From NCBI RefSeq assembly GCF_036321535.1, contig NC_087436.1, positions 110,796,001 through 110,860,000 of the forward strand: 64,000 nt of DNA, written 5' to 3'. A model generated the notes under the pieces. It did no database searches. It saw nothing but the letters and a program-made list of their open reading frames with translations, and had not been told where the DNA came from. The stretch comes from Camelus dromedarius (lineage: Eukaryota). Shown one piece after another: positions 38,970-50,854 of this stretch (positions are counted from its first letter, which is position 1; the number at the start of each line of letters is the position of its first letter). The position numbers and the translations under genes are program-made.

Positions 38970-39128
38970 TAACAATGAAAACAGAAGCTTTAGAACCAAT
39001 ATTGCCAAGGTTCAAATCTCAGCCATTCTCAGTGGAATGAACTTAGGCCAGATTTTTAACCTTACTGTAGATAATAATAGTCTCACCTCATGGGGTTCTT
39101 GGATTAGCGTATACAAAGTGCTTGGAAG
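38970..39128 (+). mobile_element. MIR 5' part, host of the L1 insertion; the MIR tail resumes at about 41880-41930
   Basis: GGTTCAAATCTCAGC...ACCTCATGGGGTT...AAAGTGCTTGGAAG, resuming as AAAGTGCTTAGAAG...TAGTAAGTACTC...TGTTATTATT. Confidence 0.7.
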
Positions 39129-40588
39129 TTTCCATGTCTTGGCTATTGTAAATAGTGCTGCTGTGAACACTGGGGTGACTTTTTGTCTTTGTGTCTTTTT
39201 TAATTTTATTTTTCTCTGGATATATGGTCAGGAGTGGGATGCTGGGTCACACAGTAAGTCTATTTTCAGTTTTTTAAGGAACCTCCATACTGTCCTCCAT
39301 AGTGGCTGCACCAATCTACATTCCCACCAACAGTGTAGGAGTGCTCCCTTTTCTCCACACCCTTTCTAGCTTCTATCATTTGTAGACTTTTCAATGGTTG
39401 CCATTCTGGCTGGTGTGAGGTGATGTCTCATTGTAGTTTTGATCTGCATTTCTCTGACAATTAGCGATGTTGAGCATTTTTTCATGTGCCTATTGGTCAT
39501 TTATATGTCTTCATTGGGGAATGCTTGTTTAGGTCTTCTGCCCATTTTTGGATTGGGTTGCTTGTTTCTTTGATATTAAGGTGTATGAGCTGTTTGTATA
39601 TTTTGGAAATTAGCCCCTTATCAGCTGCATCACTTGCAAATACTTTCTCCCATTCTGTAGGTAGTCTTTTCATTTTGTTGATGGTATCCTTAAGTGTGCA
39701 CAAGCTTTTAATTAGATCCCATTTCCATCACTCCAGCAGCTAGTTCAAAAAATATATTGCTGTAATGTATGCCCGTGAGTGTTCTGTTTATGTTATCCTC
39801 TAGGAGTTTTATAGTATCCGGTCTTACATTTACGTCTTTAATCCATTTTGAGTTTATTTTTGTACATAGTGTTAGAGAATGTTCCAATTTCAGTCTTTTA
39901 CAGGTAGCTGTCCAGTTTTCCCAGTACTGTTTATTGAAGACACTGTTTTTTCTCCATTGTCTATTCTTGCCTTCTTTGTCATAGATTAATTGACCATACA
40001 TGCGTGGGTTTATTTCTGGACTTTCTATCCTATTCCATTGATCTATGTGTCTGTTTTTGTGCCAGGACCATACTGTTTGGATTACTGTAGCTTTGTAGTG
40101 TAGTCTGAAGTCAGGGAGGATGATTCCCCCAGGTCCATTCTTCTTTTTCAAGATTGTTTTGGCTATTTGGGGTCTTTTGTGTTTCCATACAAATTTTAAC
40201 ATTTTTTGTTCCAGCTCTGTGAAGAATGTCATTGGTAATTTGATAGGGACTGCACTGAATCTGTAAATTGCCTTGGATAGTAAGGCCATTTAACAATATT
40301 GATTCTTCCAATCCAAGAACATGTTATATCTTTCCATTTGTTTATGTCATCTTCAGTTTCCTTCATCAGTGTCCTATGGTTTTTGGCATACAGGTCTTTT
40401 TGCCTCCTTCAGTAGGTTTATTCCTAGGTATTTTACTCTTTTTGGCACGATGGTAAATGGTATTGTTTCCTTAATTTATCTTTCTGCTATTTCATTGTTA
40501 GTGTATAGAAATGCAACTGATTTCTGTATACTAATTTTGTATCCTCCAACTTTACCATATTCATTGATGAATTCTAGTAGTTTTCTGG
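39129..40588 (-). mobile_element. Inverted 5' segment of a young LINE-1 (ORF2 C-terminal half)
   Basis: Minus-strand ORFs 39708-40289 (193 aa, [14 protein letters not shown]...[15 protein letters not shown]...KINSKWIKD) and 39497-39703 (EWEKVFA...[10 protein letters not shown]) are L1 ORF2p. Confidence 0.95.
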
Positions 40589-40873
40589 GACATGCACCCC
40601 AGTCTTCATAGCAGCACTATTTACAATAGCCAAGACATGGAAACAACCCAAATGTCCATTAACAGATGACTGGATAAAAAAGATGTGGTACATATATACA
40701 ATGGAACACTACTCAGTCATAAAAAAGAATACAATAATGCCATTTGCAGCAATTTGGATGGACCTGAAGATCATCGTTCTAAGTGAAGTGGGCCAGAAAG
40801 AGAAAGAAAAATGCCATATGACATCATTTATATGAGGAATCAAAAAAAATAATAGTAAGGACACAAATGAACT
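40589..40873 (+). mobile_element. Non-inverted 3' segment of the same L1 (ORF2 end and start of 3' UTR)
   Basis: CATGCACCCCAGTCTTCATAGCAGCACTATTTACAATAGCCAAG...GGACACAAATGAACT. Confidence 0.92.
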
Positions 40874-41419
40874 AATTATTATTTCTACCTTAGATGACTG
40901 ATTTCTGAATATGTGTAAGCACATTTGACTGTCCTTTATGATTGGATTACCACATTCCGTTGATTCTTATTTTGTAGTTGGCTTTATTCCTTTGATAATT
41001 ATGTAAGTTTAAAAAGCTAAAGCTCTTATCTGTTCTTAGAAACAATGATCAGTATGTATATGTATACTAAAAAAATGTGCAGTATACTGTTTATATGTAT
41101 TTGCATGCAATATAATGTATATGTGCAGTTGAACAGTAATAATTCTACCAATAAAACTGAAAAATTAAAAGAAAGGAAAAAAACAGCCACTTACCTCAAA
41201 AAAAACTAAAAAATTTATAATTAAAGTGGCAGGTTTTAATATATCTCTCTCAATGAGAATTAGTAAGAATATGAAAGATTTTAACACTATTAATAGGCCT
41301 CATATAATGAACATATAAACAAAGGAATACACATTCTTTTCAAGCATCCACAGAATTAACTTCAACAAATACCAAAGAGTCTATATTACTACATAAAAAT
41401 ATTGACTGAATATAACTGG

Positions 41420-41845
41420 ACTATTCAACCATTAAAAAAAGAATAAAATAATGCTATTTGCAGCAACATGGATGGACCTAGAGATTGTCATTCTAAGTGA
41501 AATAAGCCAGAAAGAGACAGACAAATACCATATGGTATCACTCATACATGGAATCTAAAAAAAAAGAAAAAAGAAGAAAAAAAAAGAGGACACTAATGAA
41601 CTCATCTACAAAACAGAAAGAAACTCGCATAGTAAACAATCTTATGGTTATCAGGAGAAAGGGAGTCAGAGGGATAAATTTGGGTGTTTGAGATTTGCAA
41701 ATGTTAGCTACTATATATAAAAATAGATTTTAAAAAAACCAGTTTATTCTGTATACCATAGAGAACTATATTCAGTATCTTGTAATAACCTTTAATGAAA
41801 AAGAATATGAAAACAAGTATTTGTATGTATATACATGACTGGGAC
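41420..41845 (+). mobile_element. Young L1 3' UTR fragment
   Basis: Closely resembles 28165-28535 (GAGGACACTAATGAACTCATCTACA...GAGATTTGCAAATGTT). Confidence 0.9.
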
Positions 41846-43214
41846 CTGGTAAAAAAAACATAAATTAATCAATTTTTAAAAAGTGCTTAGAAGAACAACC
41901 TTTAGTAAGTACTCTGAAGGTGTTATTATTTTTTAAATTTTGTTTCCATTTCTTCCACTTTCACTTTGGTTGATACTCTCCTTATTTGCTTATCATCTCA
42001 GTGACCATATTCTCTAAATTCACAACCCTGTTCTCGTCTTTTAAAAAAAACTTGATCCAGTTTTAACTAGCAAATATTTAATGGAATGAAATTCTTCACC
42101 TGACAAACTTGACTGAAGCCTAAATTCCAGTTTTATCTCCTATGGACAAATTTACTCCAAATTTGACACCTTTTGTGCCCCCATACAATCTTTCCATCTG
42201 GAATACCTTCTCTCTCCTCCCTATCATTACCTGTTAAAAAACTACATCCATCTTTCAAACTCATCTTAATGGCCAACAATCTCGTGAAACTTTTCCCCAA
42301 ATCGCAGAATTCAATGAACCATATTTCACCATGTTACCTACATCACCTACTAAAGTATAAGATGTTCGATGGCAGGTCTCACAACTTCTAGCAGAATGGC
42401 TGGCAGATAGCATGTGCTTAACAAATACTTGTTGAATTAAACTGAATTTATGCTCCATCAAATTTGAGACCAAAGAGTTAAGAGGAAGTAGCAATGCTCT
42501 GACTTCTGTATGCCTAGGACATTTGGAACTGCCTCAATTTTCACCTCAGTTACTTCCCCAGTGTCTTTTGCATTTGCAGTTTACTTTATTTCTCTACTGC
42601 TACTCTGGTTGAGGCTCTGATCTTTTCCCTCTCAGACAATTTTAATGTTCTAATTGGTTTGTCTACCTGCTATCTCTCCTATTCCCATCTATCCATTTCA
42701 AGGCTATCAGATCAATCTTCCAACAGAGCAGCTCCAATCATTCAAGCAAGAACAACTTTATTAGTATCACAAAACATTAGCTAAGATCCCCTCTAGTATA
42801 GTCAATACAGCAGGAGCATTTGCCAGTGAAAAAAACTACCAATATCGTCCAGGTAGGTGGGACCCAATGTTGCACTGGCCACTATAGGATGTGTAAAACA
42901 TCACTGAACTCTAGGCAAGAATGGGAAGCATGAGTAAAGCAGACTGAAGGAAAGCTGTAAAGACAGGCCAAAGCACTACTTGAAACAACTAGGCTTGCTA
43001 TGTTGTTTTAAGAAAAAGCAATGTTCTGCTAAACCAGCAGCCTGGCCTTTCTTCAAAGTGGTCACAGATCATCTTGACCGTAGCAGTCATCAGAAGTTCT
43101 TGAACATCGTGGCACCAACCTCCTGCTGAAATCACAACTGAGCCACCTTGTTCCTCAGTCTACTCCCCCAAGGAAGCCACGTGGTCACAACAAAGCTGCA
43201 GAGCTCAGGCACAT

Positions 43215-43430
43215 GAAGAGTGTGATGCAGTGAAATGAGCCTGAGCTTTAGAGACAAGCTTGGGTTTGAATCCTGGTCCTAACATTCTGTAACTACATGA
43301 CCTTAAGCAAGTCCTTTAATCTCAACTTTGATATCTTAAAAGCAGGGATATTAATGCTACATAACTGAATTGTTTTAAGGATGGTGTGAGATAACACATA
43401 TAAAGCTGCTGACACCTATGTTTATTAAAA
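43215..43430 (+). mobile_element. MIR SINE
   Basis: TGGGTTTGAATCCTGG...ATGACCTTAAGCAAGTCCTTTAATCTC...GAGATAACACATATAAAGC. Confidence 0.8.
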
Positions 43431-44669
43431 ATACAAATGGGCTAAAGGATAAAAAGAATAAGCAAGACTTCCCACCTGAGCTAGCCCTAAATTTAGGAAC
43501 TCTGAGTTTTAAGAAGAGGAATCAGGCCAATTCTGTGGGCCCTCTAATCATTTTAAGGTACTACTTTGATCCTGCAGGCATACAGTCTTTCAATAATCAT
43601 CAGCTGACACTCACTCTGGACTAGGCATAAATAACACATGGATTTTACAAAAAATAAGATTTGGTTCCTCCCTAATGATGCTCACAAGTTAGATGGGAAA
43701 GACAGAAACAGAAGGAAATAATTATGGTATAATAAGTGCTATAAGCTATGAGTACATAGTGGAGGGACATATAAATTGCATAGGAAGATAAAAGAAGATT
43801 TACCAAAAAGCAGTGACATGTGAGTTAATGTTGATGAATGAGTGGCTAATATCAGCTTTTTCTTAGGGAGAGAACTGTCTTTGATTAGGAAAGCGTTCTG
43901 ACAAAACTTGCCCAAAGAAGAAAAGACCTTAAGAGGATAACTTGGAAGAAGATACTGAGAATGCTGATCTTCTCTGCCTTAGAAACAAGCAGAAATGTAG
44001 GTGCTATTGAAAAGCAGAGAAGAGAGAACAGAAAAACACAAACAGCAACTCGATCAATGAGAAATTCCTAAGCTAGATGTGCCAAAGAACTCAAAATCAG
44101 AAATGAGTAATAGTCCATTTTGACTTGTTTGCATTGCTACAAACTAAAGTCTCTTTACCCCTCTAAACTGCCAACCATTTCATGCACAAATGCCTTGAGT
44201 TTACAGAAAATCCATGGGGGAAAAACAAAACCAAAGTCGCACACAGTGTGTCACAGAAAAGATGAGAAAGATCACTGTGGAATATGAGGCAAAAATGACA
44301 CAGAGTTCAGATGAGGAAAGAGTTCAGAGCCAGAGGCACCACAGAAGGAATACCTCATGGCGAGGGCACTGGGCTTCCCAGGGAATGTGAAAACAGGACC
44401 GTAGTCAAGTGGATCTAAACTGCAAAGGCCAAAGTGACCTCCTGATCACAGACCATACAGAGAGAGGAACAGCGCAAAAGGAAGGTAATTCCACACACGG
44501 GAGCAGGGTGGTAACGGAGGAGTCAGAGGAGGTGAGGCTTAGAAGTGGTAAGAACACAGAAGATAACGAGAATGTGGAGCCCCCAACTTGTCTGCTCTTT
44601 CCTAAGACTGATTCATTTTGTAAGGATGAGAATTCTGACGTTGGGAGTCAGTCTAAGGTGCTGTTTCTT

Positions 44670-44850
44670 TGGTTCCATCTCTGTGTTCCTAGGACTCTTC
44701 TGTTCCTCCATCACAGAACTGATGGTGCTCTACCTTGTACAGAGTTACTCGTGATCATACTCCTCTTCAGGGTCAGGGACCAGGGGCTTACTCATCTTTG
44801 TATTGCTGATACCCAGCACAATGTACGTGGTAGGCATTAAACAAATACTC
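44670..44850 (+). mobile_element. LINE-2 3' end
   Basis: CTTCAGGGTCAGGGACC...CTCATCTTTGTAT...CCCAGCACAATGTACGTGGTAGGCATTAAACAAATA. Confidence 0.65.
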
Positions 44851-45288
44851 TGTGGTTCAATATTTGCTCTCTTAAATTCAACTTCTGAAGATATAGTTGC
44901 AATTTAAATATGTTAGTTTTCTATTTCAATCCATGTTATTAATAATAATGGTTTTAATTTATTAAATTCTCACTTTATGCCAGGCATTTTACTAGATGTT
45001 TTAAGCACATTATTTCCTATTATTTTAGAATCAGAAAAATGTTCCACTTTACAGAACCTACAATAACACCTGGTATATAGGGAATAGTCAAGAAATAATT
45101 CTTGAGTTAATGTCTGAAGGAAAGAAGGAAGAATTAGAGGTCTAGATTGATGAAGGGACCTGCTTAAGGTCACTCTGGTTGTTAGTGACAAGGCAAAATG
45201 AATGCCACCAGATTCCTTGCCAATCTAGCATTTTTCACATTATAATATAACTACACTTAATATAATGATCTTGAAGGTTTCTTTCTGC

Positions 45289-45769
45289 TGTGGTAGGCCG
45301 AATAATGGTCCCCCAAAGAGGTCAACATCTTAGGATCTGTGAAAATGTTACTTAAATGATAAAAGAGGCTTTGCAGAAGTGATTACATTAAGGATTTTGA
45401 GATGAGAGATTATCCTGGATTATCCAGGGAAGACCAATATAAAAACAAATGTTCTTATAAGAGGGAGACAGAATGACATCTGACTATAGAAAAGGAGTGT
45501 CAAAGTGATACAGCATGAAAAAATCTCAACCAGCCACTGCTGGCTTTGAAGTTAGAGGAAGAGACCATGGCCCAAGGAATGCAGGCAGCCTCTGCAAGCT
45601 GGGAAGTAGGAAAGAAACAGATTCTCTCACAGTCTCCAGAAGGCCTACCATCACCTTGACCTTAACTGAAACATTTTAGACTTCTATCCCCCAGAACTGT
45701 GAGATAATAAATTTGTGTTGTGTTAAGCCACTAAATTTGTGGTAACTTGTTATAATAGCAAATAATACG
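45289..45769 (+). mobile_element. MaLR solo LTR (MLT1C/D-like)
   Basis: TGTGGTAGGCCGAATAATGGTCCCCCAAAGA...GATTATCCTGGATTATCCAG...AATAAATTTGTGTTGTGTTAAGCCACTAAATTTGTGG. Confidence 0.9.
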
Positions 45770-46504
45770 CTGCTCTAAAAATCTTAAATAATTGGTCACA
45801 AATGTCAAACAGTCTCTGAGTCTTCATTCCAGAGTTTTGTACTGGAAGCTTTTTAACTTATGTATATAATTAAACTAACAATATATAATATCCCTTTCTT
45901 CAGGAATCTTGAAGATTCTCCTTTGAAAAGATATTGTTCTCTTACAGTTTCTATTGTTACTCCCAAGAAACAGTTCCTATTCTAATAATATTTCCTCTCT
46001 AAGTAATCTGATGTTTCTTTCTGCTTACTTTTCAGGTCTTTTTTCTCTGGCATCCTATAATTTCATTATGAAAGATTGAGTCTTACTTAACTTGACTGGG
46101 ATTTTTTTCTATTTCCTGAATCCAAGAATTCATGTCTTTCAAGTGTGGGAAATCCCTAGCCATTATCCCTTTTATATGACCTCTCTCCAATTCTCTCTGC
46201 CCTGAACTCCAATTAGACATATGTTGCATTCTCTTCATTTTTCTCCTTTTCGGTAATGGTTTCAGGAAGAGAGAACTACAGATAATCCAAAAAAGCCCTG
46301 TAAAAGTCTTGGAGATGCTATGTTCCCATGCCCAATCTCTAAGCTAGAAGATAAAAGTATCTACTATCAATGAAGTACCTGACAGGACAGTCAAGAATGT
46401 ACCAAGGTTTTGCAGTATTTAGGACATTTTTCAGATAAGCCAAATGAAAGGCTCATCACAATGTAGTTCTCTATAAAAAATTTCAGGATAGAAACTGTCT
46501 TGGA

Positions 46505-47975
46505 TCAACTTTTATTGTGCAGTATTTCATTCAGGCAAAATAACAGATATAAAATATACATTAATTTACAAAATACAATTATAAAAAAAACCTGGATATC
46601 TACACTACTGTTTAAGGAACAGAATGCTACCAATAGCTTTTAAGCCGAGTCTGTGTCCTTTCTCCAACCTAATTCCTATAGAGATACTAACACCTATAAT
46701 ACCCCTACCAAAAATAACCACCTCAATTTTATTTTAATTTTCTTTCACAAAAGTGTGCATCAATATATTGCTTAGCTTTGCAGTGTCTGAACTTTAAATG
46801 GAATCATTCTGTTTGTACTTTTCAGCATCTTACCTGTCTTGCTAAACACTGTTTGTGAATTTCACCAGGTTCATGCCTGTAGTTGTAGTTTATTCTGTTG
46901 CTTTTTACAATTCCATTGCTTAAGTATGATAAAATGTATTTATCTATTATCCTACCTATGGGCTCATATAAATGTTTTTAGTTTTACTTTTACAAATAAT
47001 ACTGCTACACATATTCTTGTACATGCCTCTTGGAGAGCAAGTGTAATGTAAGCATTTCCTGGGGGTTCATAATCAAGTGGAAATTTGACATGTTAGCTAT
47101 CTGTTACTGTATAACAATGTTACAGAAACTTAGCAACATAAAAAGACACACATTTATTACTCAGTTTGTTGGGTCAGGAATCCCAACACATCTTAGCTGG
47201 ATCCTCAGCTTCAAGGGTCTTTCACAAGGCTGCAATTAAGATGCCAGCCAGGGCAGATGTCTCATTAGACCATTTAACTGGGGAAGAAGCTCCTTCCAAG
47301 GTCATGTGGGTTTTGGTGGGATTCAGTTCCTTGTGGGCTGTTGGACCAATGACTTCACTTTCTTGCTGGCCTTCCACCCTCAGCTGCTTGTTATTTGGGC
47401 TTCACCATAAGGCAGCTCACAATGTGGCAGCTTGTATTATCAAAACCAGCAAGAAAGAGCATCTGCCAGCCACATGGAAGTCAGAATTTTATCTGAATTG
47501 ATTCACAGGAGTGACATCCTATCACTTTTGCCATATACTATTGAAGCATGTCACAAGTCCTTCCCACACTCAAGGGGAGGAAACTTACACAAGGGTGTAA
47601 ATACCAGAAGGTAGTGACCTTTGAGAGCCACCAGAGTCAGTGCCACATTTGTCTTGAACCACATAACACAACCTCAAATTGTTCTCCAAAGTGGTTATAT
47701 CAATTTATAGTCCCACCTGCAATAACTAAAAGTGCTTCGTCTTTAACGTCCTCATCAATAATTGTTCTTGCCACACATTTTTTATTGCCAACTATTAGAT
47801 ATGAAAAATGTCATCTAGTTGTGGTTCTAACATCCATTCTCTGATTACTAATGAGTTTTAACATCTTTTTACAAATTTAAGAGTTGTTCTTGTTTCCCGT
47901 TTTGTGAAATTACATGTTCAGTCTCTTGCTCTTTTTCTATTGTCTTGTCTTTACTCATTCTTTTCCAACTGAGGC
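46505..47975 (-). mobile_element. Old L1ME-like 3' region, split by a MaLR LTR
   Basis: AAATGGAATCATTCTG, CATATTCTTGTACATGCCTCTTGG; resumes after the LTR with TTCTCCAAAGTGGTT...TCTCTGATTACTAATGAG. Confidence 0.7.
47091..47647 (-). mobile_element. MaLR solo LTR (MLT1E/F-like)
   Basis: TGTTAGCTATCTGTTACTGTATAAC...CACATTTATTACTCAG...CCCACACTCAAGGGGAGG...TGCCACA. Similar to the reverse complement of 21206-21728. Confidence 0.85.
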
Positions 47976-48482
47976 CCTGACGTCGGTGTAGCAGACATGC
48001 TTGGGTTTGAAGTTTAACCATTCTTTGGAGCTCGAATACTCTTTGATCTGGTCCACAGCTTTTTCTCCCCTCCCACTATAAGAGATACGGTCCTCTTTAC
48101 AGGCTCCCAATGAGGCTCTTAGTCTTTCAGATTTGACTTCTAATTGACTTCTGTTATTCATTTTCAGTCTTTCATTATCTTTTTCTGGAGCTTCAGTAGA
48201 ACACAGAAATAGCTACCTAATCCCATTGTCCTTTCACGTACTATTTCCATCATGTTTCACAAATGCCTAGTACTTTACACTAATTAGGGCACTACCTTCC
48301 AGAATATATCCCAAATCACCATCAATGAAAGTTTTCATGACTGGACCACCACCTTTTGCCAGGGACTATCTGTGTTCTTCCTGCCTCCAAGTGATGGGAT
48401 CCTCATTGCCCACTGGGCAGTGAATGATACAGCATCAAAACCCCATCTTATTGCCAATTTCTTGGCCAACTACTGGTATCAA
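47976..48482 (-). mobile_element. ERVL internal leader and gag-like remnant adjoining an LTR16-like LTR (ERV3-16A3-like)
   Basis: On the minus strand it begins directly after the LTR with TTGATACCAGTAGTTGG...AAGATGGGGTTTTG, an ERVL-type leader. ORF 47955-48161 (SQLEVKSERLRASLGACKEDRISYSGRGEKA) resembles the coiled-coil N-terminus of ERVL/MaLR gag. Confidence 0.6.
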
Positions 48483-48903
48483 CCTCTGAAGTTTGGGTTC
48501 TCCAAGAAACTGATTCTGAGACAGTTCAGTGTTCAGGATGTTTATTAGGAAGTGTTCTTAGGATTAACACCTGTGAAAGAGAGGGAGAGGAAACAGAGGG
48601 GGAAAATAGTTTGCAATACAAGCCAAAGAGCCTCAGCTGACCCTGTGGGGAACTCTAAAGCTGAACTGACCTATTAAAACTGGACCAAAATAGCTGGTTT
48701 TCATACCCTTGCCTCAATCAGTCGTTGAATGTGAGCTGCCCCGAGATAAGGGTGTGACCTTCGACTAGGTTGTTCCCTATAGCTGAGGCTCCCTGTGGCT
48801 GAAAGTGTTGACAGCTGAAGGCTGACCACTGCTAGCAATTCCAGTAGCTGGAGCAACAAAGATGTCCTAAAAGGATCTGGATGGCACAGGCCCATGTCTA
48901 CGA
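48483..48903 (-). mobile_element. ERVL LTR, LTR16-like (5' LTR of a truncated provirus)
   Basis: GGGTTCTCCAAGAAACTGATTCTGAGA...TTTATTAGGAAGTGTTCT...AAAGGATCTGGATGGCAC. Homologous to 1019-1462. Confidence 0.8.
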
Positions 48904-48909
48904 GAGCTC

Positions 48910-49640
48910 GTTCTATGAAACATCTAATAAAACTGACTTTCATCTGACAAGTCTGATCCACAATTAAATAAGGTAAGTGAGAAGAAAAAACTTAAAAATA
49001 CTAGGAATGAAAATGGGGGAAAACTAGAAACAAAACAGATTTCAAAAGAAGAATATTATGAAAAAAATCATGCCAATATATTTGAAAACTATCACATATC
49101 AAAAATGATTCAAGAGAAAATAGAAATACTAAATAAATCTCTACTTTTAAGAAAGTGAGTTAGCAGTTTAAAATATACCCCACAAAAGTCATTATGCCCA
49201 AAGTGAATTTTACCAAATAGTGAAGTAATTCTAAAATTAAACAAACTCAGACAAAGGATAAGAAAAGAGAGAACATTCTCCAACACATTTTTGAATTTTA
49301 AAATGATGCTTCATATGATCCCAATTAAGCAAATGTTAATTATATACACATATAATTATAGAATATATGTTACATATATTAATAAAGGTTTATATTGATA
49401 TATATTAATATGTAATATATATGCTTAGAAATAACCTATACTACATATAATTGTATATTTTCTACACACATGCATGTACTCATATACACACATTACATGA
49501 AATACAGAAACCAAATATCCATAAATTAACAATGATTGTCTAAGAGTGGTAAAATGGTGGGTGACCCTTATTTTGGTTTCATGGTTTTTTGTATGTCACT
49601 AATTTCTAAAAAATGTGTACTATTTTAATCAGAGAAATTT
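48910..49640 (+). mobile_element. Ancient L1 fragments (ORF2 and 3' end) with an AT-rich tract
   Basis: GAATATTATGAAAAAAATCATGCCAATATATTTGAAAACT...AAAATGATTCAAGAGAAAATAGAAA; TTAACAATGATTGTCT. Confidence 0.6.
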
Positions 49641-49844
49641 ATTATTTTTAGTAAAACTAAAATATTTATCTCTACTCACCACAGACTCTTATTAACAGAT
49701 TAAATTGAAAGTCTTCTGAAGATTTTGCTAAATGCATTTGTTTTTGAGATAGATTGTCTAACGGGCACATTAACTGTTCATTATTTAGATTTTTCTAAGT
49801 TCTACTGTTCATGATAGGAAAACATATTATCCCTTCCCTCTGAC

Positions 49845-50015
49845 AGTGCATTAAACGAGAATTAGAACACCTGTGCCTAGCTCTAGTTCTGGTACTAACT
49901 AGCTGTGTTACTCTAGACAAGCCACTTACTCTCCCTGATTCTCAGTTTTCTCATCTATAAAAGGAAGAAATTGGATTATAGGGTCCTAGAGTTCCTTCCA
50001 GCTGTAAAACTCTGT
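49845..50015 (+). mobile_element. MIR SINE
   Basis: CTAACTAGCTGTGT...ACAAGCCACTT...TCTCAGTTTTCTCATCTATAAAAGG. Confidence 0.8.
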
Positions 50016-50854
50016 TATTATCTAAATGCCCTCACTGGGTACACCCACTGCCCCGACAGAAGGTCTAAACACAAATCCCCCATTTGAGCAGAAGTGCTGT
50101 ATCTCCTATAAACTACAGTCAACATGTATATACACTTAATCACTCAATGTCATCATCCAATTCCAGGAAAAACAATTTCCCTGAATATGAAACATAAAAC
50201 CCAAATATGTACAGGTTAACAATAGTCATCTATGAGTGGTAAAAAATTTTTACTCCCTATGAAAAATGCAAGGCTCTGGCATAAATACAGTGTGAAAAAA
50301 ATTAAGAAAATATACTACCTGCCCTCAAAAAATACTGCAGCTTAGTAAATATTGACAAGTATACAAATGCCCATAATGCAAATTACAAAGTACAGAACAA
50401 CAACAACAAAAACAATATTCTTTTGACATTTGAGGATTTATAGCTCAGTATTAACTATTCAAAGCAAATTTGAAAGCCTGTATGTTGCAGTTTGCCAAGA
50501 TATTTTTATTGGGGAATTATCCAGAACACAGATATCGAACCTCTTTCACAGAATTACCTAAGCCAAACTAGCATTCTGTTAGCTTGTTTTAACAGATGTC
50601 AGTCGCCAGTACAGTATAGCACATGTTATATCTTCAATAAATTTAATTGTAAAATTAAATGTAATATATTCCTTTTATGTATTTTAATTACTCCCTATGT
50701 AACAAAAGGATTTATATTTTCGAATTATACTCTAACATCCAAGTGAATTTCTTCTTGCTTTTCTTCTTGCTAATCTGAAGCTGCTATTTCACAGATGATA
50801 TATTTGGGAAAAAAAATATGATTTACAGTGTATTCACTGCAAATGATACATAGT

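Noticed and set aside
39708..40289. 193-aa ORF as a cellular gene
   Set aside because: It is a fragment of L1 ORF2p within a truncated, inverted element.
44409..44840. 143-aa ORF
   Set aside because: It runs into an L2 3' end, needs a non-ATG start and has no recognisable homology.
1019..48903. Two same-orientation LTR16-like LTRs as the ends of one giant provirus
   Set aside because: They are 47 kb apart and clearly diverged. The left copy sits within an old L1 with no adjoining ERV internal sequence, so these are independent insertions.
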